A DNA stretch of 64,000 nt from an uncultured OCS116 cluster bacterium (GTDB lineage: Bacteria > Pseudomonadota > Alphaproteobacteria > Rhizobiales > TMED25). Both the position numbers and the translations under genes were made by a program. The DNA is taken from contig CACMIP010000002.1 in NCBI GenBank assembly GCA_902613795.1, forward strand, positions 145,466-209,465, in the 5' to 3' direction. The notes below the pieces were generated by a model. That model made no database searches. It saw nothing but the letters and a program-made list of their open reading frames with translations, and was not told the origin of the DNA. Positions 57,495 through 64,000 of the stretch are shown one piece after another; position 1 is the stretch's first letter; each line of letters begins with the position of its first letter.

Positions 57495-64000
<6,506 letters not shown>

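Overview
This is an AT-rich chromosomal window of alphaproteobacterial type. The evidence is a circularly permuted two-piece tmRNA, an alpha-type SspB, and the tRNA-tuf-secE-nusG-rplKAJL-rpoBC order. It reads as three zones. (1) 1-14.7 kb is core housekeeping: fumC (partial)-sspB, two secreted orphan proteins, tmRNA, thyA-folA, hflK-hflC-yjeT-like-degP, serB, miaA, a candidate leader/attenuator in front of ilvB-ilvN-ilvC-leuA, and tRNA-Lys. (2) 15-49 kb is transport and catabolism with an accessory character. It holds a Liv-type amino-acid ABC system, a DUF4174 pair, and a sitABCD-like Mn/Fe ABC operon whose SitC permease carries a DtxR-like C-terminal domain. It also holds a tight four-gene hydrolase/decarboxylase/flavin-monooxygenase/M24 cluster and an MFS transporter. 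A mosaic of about 11 kb contains oxidoreductase, aldolase, hydrolase, TPP-enzyme, CoA-transferase and CitE-lyase genes. The zone ends with a NitT/TauT-type ABC importer with two permeases and no binding protein, and a CMD/AKR/GGCT trio. (3) 49-64 kb is core again: infA, an EamA exporter, an FAD oxidase, tRNA-Thr, an rlmB-like gene, tRNA-Tyr, tRNA-Gly, tuf, tRNA-Trp, secE, nusG, rplK, rplA, rplJ, rplL, rpoB and rpoC (partial). I saw no CRISPR array, IS or transposase, integrase, prophage, restriction-modification system, toxin-antitoxin pair or any recognisable defence system. I cannot point to a clearly new system with confidence. The best candidates for something undescribed are the regulator-less orphan enzyme clusters (26.1-30.9 kb and 33.3-44.1 kb), the SitC-DtxR-like fusion with its operator and possibly leaderless promoter, and the ilv leader with a Met-Val-Ile-Leu mini-ORF abutting a terminator. 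All product calls come from motif recognition and by-eye comparison. No database search was run.
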